A DNA stretch of 64,000 nt from Klebsormidium nitens (lineage: Eukaryota > Plantae > Klebsormidiophyceae): contig DF237167.1 of the NCBI GenBank assembly GCA_000708835.1, forward strand, positions 62,001 through 126,000. Reading direction: 5' to 3'. The translations under genes were made by a program, and so were the position numbers. A model generated the notes under the pieces. That model ran no database searches. It was not told the origin of the DNA and saw nothing but the letters and a program-made list of their open reading frames with translations. Within the stretch, counting starts at the first letter, position 1; the number at the start of each line of letters is the position of its first letter. Of the stretch, positions 58,747 through 64,000 are shown in pieces.

Positions 58747-61700
58747 TTACTTGTTGACGCACCCGCCCGAGACGCACATCTGGGTGGCGGGGTTGCAGCA
58801 CGAGAGCGTTGCCCGGGAGTCGCCGCACTCGATGAGACCAGCCTGACGGCAGCCGGTCTGGGGCTCCAATTGACCGCGGATCGCACCGAAGGTCTGGAAG
58901 CTGCACGGAGCATACAAGTCACGTCAGAATGTGGATTTCATTGGGTCAAGAACAGGGTTCGGGAACTTGCGAGTACAATGGATAGGCGGCCTGGTGGCAA
59001 CCGGTCTGGGGCTGCAGCTGACTGCGTATCGCACCGAAGGTCTGGAAACTGTTTCAGCTGGAAGGCAACTTGAAACTTGGGTTACCCACAAACGAAAGGT
59101 TGAAAGCTGGATGGATTCAGAAGTCGTTCTTTTCCAACCTGGCCCAACGTTTAGTAACCAGACTGGGGATCCGACTGGTACTAAAGGGCATCAATGACGT
59201 CGAAGCAGTGGGCAGTGAGGCACAAAAATTTCAAGGCGCTTGTGAAACCTACGACTTATACTTGTAACCTGAAGAAAGATGGGAGATTTTCTGACGTGAA
59301 GGGCCTCGCAATCCACTCGACCGACTGCACGAGCAACCAGAGAAGGGCTTCGACATACAGCAGACAGGAAGTTTATAACAGGACCTCTTTCAAGACTGCC
59401 CAAAGGCCTATGTCTCTGGTTACTAGGTTACTGGTTTCCCTACCTGACAGTAACCCCGTTGATAACCCTGGTCTCGGGGGTGTGCAGGTCGACGTAGTAA
59501 CCGGCGGGGTTAGCCAGGATGTCAGCGATAAGGGCGGGGGTAACCGCGGTGCTGTTGTTAATCGCGTTGTTGATGGCGCAGGTAGTCACGCTGTTGCCTG
59601 CGGGAAGTGAAGAGGGCTTGTGAGTGCTCTCGTTGTCGCGGCGCACCGGAAGCTTCGAAGTCTGACAAAATCAAGTCTGATCATACCATCCGTCCGTAAA
59701 ACTACGTACTCGTTCGGAGTGACGCGTCTTGACAGTCGCCAAAAGTGGAACAGCTCGACGATCCTTTCAGTTCAACCCTTCGTTAGGACCTCGTGACTGG
59801 AGTAACTTTGGGACCAAACCCGAAGAAGAAACAGTCGACAAGGGCATTGGCAGACTCAATACAGGCTGGCATTGCATATAAAGAAGACCAGAAAACCACA
59901 GATTACACCGAAGAGGCAGTGAGGCTGCGAGATAATGGGTGATGGAAGTTCAGAATGACTGTCTCGAGTACGTTTTGCAGTCAACAGCGCCCTTAGTCGA
60001 GACAGATGAAGGCCTCTGTCAAGTGGGATTAAGCCTTAACCAAAGTCTTAGCCAGCTGACTATACTTACTAAAGAATTAGGGTGGCTCTTGCCAACACAG
60101 TTTAACTGGAAAATTATCAGACCCAAAACCAAGGTGTTGACCAGCCAACTCTACATGTGTAGCTGGGAAAGGCGTTGGGGTTGCTCTTGCCTCAAGCTAT
60201 TAGAAATTGTGGTTTTAACCCTACCCTAAACCAAGGGTTGAACCAGACAAGGTTACCTGTGTTCATGGGGAACGCGTTGGGGGTGCTCTCGTCAACCCAG
60301 TTGACGACGACGGGGCCGCGGTTGCCGAAGGCCTCCTTGTGGATGTGGTAGCGGGTGACCGTTGCAAGGTTGGTCCATGTTGCAGTGAGGCAGATCTGAG
60401 AGCCAGTGACAGTCACAACGGAGGTACCGCTGCCATCAAGGTCGCCTGTAAAGAAGACAGTGAAAAGGTGTTAAAAAAATAACACTATATTTGAGAAAGT
60501 TCAGTCGACATTTGTCAACACTGACAAGGAGCAGAGGAGAGCAGAGGAGGGGTTTGAAAAAAGGAGAGGTGAAAGTAAGAGAAGTAGGAAGTGGAATTGG
60601 GGTGTTAGAAACTGAAGTGCTAGTACCGCCAAGAAAAGGGCCAAAGCAAGGACAGAGACCCTGACAAAGATGAGTCTTTTGATGAAGGATTGATCATCTA
60701 ATGCTTGCTGACAAATAGCGCTGGTTTTGCAGGTTCAAATATCCTTTTTGGCGATTTCAAAACTAGCAAGGTACGGATGATAAACCAGGGGATTGAGGGC
60801 CTGAAATCTTATGGAGAGTCTGCCATTGAAAAATCCCAGTTAGAGAACGCCTGAATTGAAGGGGCGCTACCCTAATGTGCATGCCAGGGGGCTTCCCTAT
60901 TGAGGTTTGGGGAGGTTGTAACTACTGGTTGGACCAACATGAGATTGAACAGGCTTCTTTTCTAAGCTGTGTACAGCAAACAAATTGCCAGGGCTGAGGT
61001 CAGCTTGTCAAGTCTGAGCGGCCGTGACTCGTATGTGTCGGAATGTTGGTTAACGGATATGAACTGGATGCCGAGAGTGAAGAGGAGGAGAGAAACTCAG
61101 ACTGCTGATGTAAAACTCAAAGTGAGAATGAAGGGGAGGAGGAAACAAGCAGAGAAAGCAAAGCTAAGCGGACGAATGAGCCAGGAGCCAGGAGAAGTCA
61201 AGGTCATTTATGGAATCCTTAGTGCAGGTTAATGAGCACACCAGAAGGGATTATCTTGTCGAACAGGCAGGATAAAGCAACAGAGCTCGGTAACCCCAGT
61301 CCAGCTGAAAGCATGTAGTAGTGTTTCCTGCTTGAGATATGCAACTGAGATGTCATTTTCCCGGCTGCCGAGCTTTTGTGACAAATGCATCAAAACAGCC
61401 ACCTTAACATGGACCTTGTCCACATCTGCTAGCTGTAAGTGTAAGGTATCTGCTGTGATGATGTCATCATTCAAAAAGCACAGCATTGCCTTCTAGCGCT
61501 CAATGCAAGACCCAGGACACAGTGTGACGTCATGCATTCTGCTGCACCCTGAGGTCTTCCTGGAGTGCTTGTGCTACGGCTCCTCGTTAGGTGACATGCC
61601 AAGCTGTCACTACATTGACATGCCACCCTCTCATTCCATTGACATGCCAAGCTCTTTCCTTTAAGAACAATGCCCCTGCTTGAGACGCCCTTGAAGTACA

Positions 61701-62010
61701 GACCCGTCTTCACTTGGGTTTCCCTGTTTCAGAGTTCCTCAGAACCGCAAGCATACCAACCAAAACTGTAAAGTGCAAGGATGTCTTAAGAGCCTTCAGT
61801 GACCGAATGAAGACTTCAATGAACAGGAAAAAGTGAAAACAGGATAACGATGTCTGCAATGCTGTAATACTCACCATTGGCAGTGGGAGGGGTGGCAATG
61901 TTGCTGATGACGTTGCTTCCATACAGGTACGCGTCGAAGCGGTCGGCCTGAGCCACAGAGGCCACCGCAAGCAGGGCGGCGATAACGATCATGCACTGAG
62001 AGGCAGCCAT
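58747..62010 (-). CDS. Secreted CHRD-domain protein with a C-terminal six-cysteine module, 210 aa, 4 exons
   Basis: Exons 62010-61875, 60445-60257, 59597-59444, 58900-58747 (633 nt, phases consistent). Signal peptide. CHRD hallmarks GDLDGSG, YHIHKEAFGNRGPVVV, ILANPAGYYVDLHT, GAIRGQL. Tail CRQAGLIECGDSRATLSCCNPATQMCVSGGCVNK. Confidence 0.85.
58946..59190 (-). repeat. CHRD gene intron 3: degenerate copies of acceptor + 5' part of the last exon
   Basis: CAG/TTTCCAGACCTTCGGTGCGATACGCAGTCAGCTGCAGCCCCAGACCGGTTGCC at 59048 versus the true exon at 58900; a fainter third copy near 59160-59185. Confidence 0.85.
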
Positions 62011-63073
62011 TGTTTCCTGAGCAGCTGAAAAGCAAGGACTCTGTTTTGTTGGACTGGAGGTTCTGTTTGTCCGAATGCGAAGCTGAACGAGGAAGCAATG
62101 CCAAATGTCTGGAGGTCTGCAGCAGGATTATCTGGCTTGCTGAAGACCAAAGTCTGGACTTCTCTGCTGAACTCTCCTGGCTTCAACCGTCAGCTACTGA
62201 GCTAGCATGAGCTGCGCTCAGCTCAACGCTAGCTTCAGGATCCACCTCACGGTCAGCTGCATTCCGCCCACGTCACGACGCATGGCCTCATACACCGAAG
62301 TCCAGTATTCAAAGACCGGTAGATGCACATTGCATGATCAGGGATGTTGGAATCGGGGGCACTTCCGGAGGGTGACTGCATAAAAGGCTCCATTGAGGCT
62401 CACGGTTCCCCGGGAGCGCCATTGTTCTAGCTACCGGTACTTGACCGGGCAGTCAAATGAAAAGACGCTGGCGGCTTGAGCCTTTTCCAAGCAGATGACG
62501 ACATGGTTGATGAGGACATACTTGAGACGGCCGGCGGGACTGCCCTGTCAACAGTGTCAATCACCGAGCAGAGGACTTGTGGCGGTATAAGGTTAGCATG
62601 GGCTCAAAATGATTTGCACCGGGTACTTGATTTGTGAACACAGAATCCAATTTGGATCGAATCAAATCATCGGCCGGATCTCGCAGCATTAAAGTTTCTA
62701 GGTTCTTCCTTGACGTAGGCAAAGATGCTGACCTCACATCCGCAATCCTAGGGATCTCAACGTCCAAATTCCAGTGCTACCGTCCGGGATTCGTACCCCG
62801 CCCATCGCCACGATGACCGGTTATTGCCTTGTGGGCTGCGGACTCGACGTTAAAGTTCAGCCTCCAAAAGTCCTGGTCACCTGACCCAGGCCCCCCGGGG
62901 TTGGACTCTATCGGATTACCGGTATTAATCCGCGCGCTTGCGACGTCCGCAGTCAGATGTTGCATACGTAATGTGACGGCATGCTGTCGTGTTGCCAAGA
63001 CGTCAGCTGAGGTAACGACGTCAAAATAAAGGTACATATATTGTAACGCAGATCGACAACTTCGATCACCGTT

Positions 63074-63147
63074 TCCTGGTTAGCTCAGTTGGCTAGAGCG
63101 CAAGGCTGTTAACCTTGAGGTCGCTGGTTCGACCCCAGCACCAGGAG
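63074..63147 (+). tRNA. tRNA-Asn (anticodon GTT), intronless
   Basis: Full cloverleaf: TCCTGGT/ACCAGGA acceptor stem, GCTC/GAGC D-stem, CAAGG-CTGTTAA-CCTTG anticodon arm, GCTGG-TTCGACC-CCAGC T-arm, discriminator G. No encoded CCA. Confidence 0.96.
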
Positions 63148-63172
63148 CTGTCTCGGACCCCGACGCCGCTCC

Positions 63173-63177
63173 TTTTT
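63173..63177 (+). terminator. RNA polymerase III terminator (T5)
   Basis: TTTTT starting 26 nt after the tRNA end. Confidence 0.7.
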
Positions 63178-63300
63178 GCTTCGTTCGGGCTAACGAACTC
63201 CGCCACTACTCAAGCAACGTTGCGCCTTGCAAAGCAAGGCGGTGGTCGGTCATTTGGTGCCTCGTGAGTATCTTGCTATCACACATCGCTTCGTTATGTT

Positions 63301-63609
63301 AAGGGTACCGTCACTTTGAAGTGGCAGCGGGGTAGGTATTCTGATGCATGGGGGGGGGGGCTGAGGCTTGGTATCCGGGTTGGTATCCTGGATCGGTCGG
63401 GGGAAGGGGGGCTCGAGGGCCTTTTTACATCTAAATCAGGGCGATTTCCCCCATATTTTGACCCGCTTTGTGGGTTATGAGGCCTTAGGCTTGATGCAAA
63501 TTTTGACTGGTTGAGCCCCCCCGGAGGGGGCCGGGGGTTGTGGCCCTCTAAGAAAGTGGTCTGTAGAATACGTACCCCGGCGGTGCCACTTCAAAATGAC
63601 GGTACCCTT
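63301..63609. mobile_element. MITE-like non-autonomous DNA transposon (~309 bp) with ~45-bp imperfect terminal inverted repeats
   Basis: Left end AAGGGTACCGTCACTTTGAAGTGGCAGCGGGGTAGGTATTCT; right end AGAATACGTACCCCGGCGGTGCCACTTCAAAATGACGGTACCCTT (its reverse complement). Non-coding, G/C-run-rich interior. Confidence 0.8.
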
Positions 63610-64000
63610 GAAGGAGCCTGTGGTCCACAAAGGCTCATAAGTTTGATTGCGTCTCGTTTGCGTAGTACTCCGCATTACTGCGGCTATCACTGTTCCAGCA
63701 GCTCACGAGCACCGCGACGCTTGGAACGCCGGCCCGGCTGCTCAATGATACGCAACCATAGATATATGGCCAGCCGCCATCATTGTGGCCATCCGTCTGC
63801 ATGCCAGCAAAGTTACAATGGGGGGCAATGGGGCCGCGGCCGATTACCAGATTGGGCTCCGCGCACTTATTGATTAGTATAGGTTCAAGTTTTTTGGAAA
63901 TTAAAAAAGATAAACCAGATGTCTCAAGCTAGAGAGTCTCAAGCTAGATCGCAAGAGGACCATGCCGCACGCTAATGTCCTCCTAATGTCATCATGCCAC

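Noticed and set aside
62561-63037. Minus-strand ORFs upstream of the CHRD gene
   Set aside because: No recognisable domain or transposon hallmark.

Overview
Intron-rich eukaryotic nuclear DNA from a green plant. Its proteins are land-plant-like and its gene style suggests a charophyte alga such as Klebsormidium (inference). I spliced seven genes by hand, and exon phases were consistent in all of them. (1) An approx. 1013-aa type II membrane protein fusing an At3g56750-like putative fucosyltransferase domain to a GT77/Nucleotid_trans glycosyltransferase domain. (2) A membrane-anchored Kelch protein. (3) A DUF791/MFSD5-family MFS transporter of the Golgi SAM transporter (GoSAMT) type, with two candidate last exons. 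(4) SAM synthetase, head-to-head with the transporter. (5) A type II membrane Methyltransf_22/FkbM-like methyltransferase. (6) A secreted GDSL esterase. (7) A secreted CHRD-domain protein. The window also holds a frameshifted second Kelch paralog, a tRNA-Asn(GTT), a MITE and fragments of an unidentified gene. Two signals stand out. The first is a candidate SAM synthesis / Golgi import / glycan methylation neighbourhood beside a bifunctional glycosyltransferase. The second is a recurring intron architecture of degenerate tandem copies spanning splice junctions: acceptor plus exon 5' end upstream, exon 3' end plus donor downstream. It appears in three genes and leaves intact decoy or alternative splice sites. 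Family assignments come from recognised motifs and remembered homologues, not database searches.
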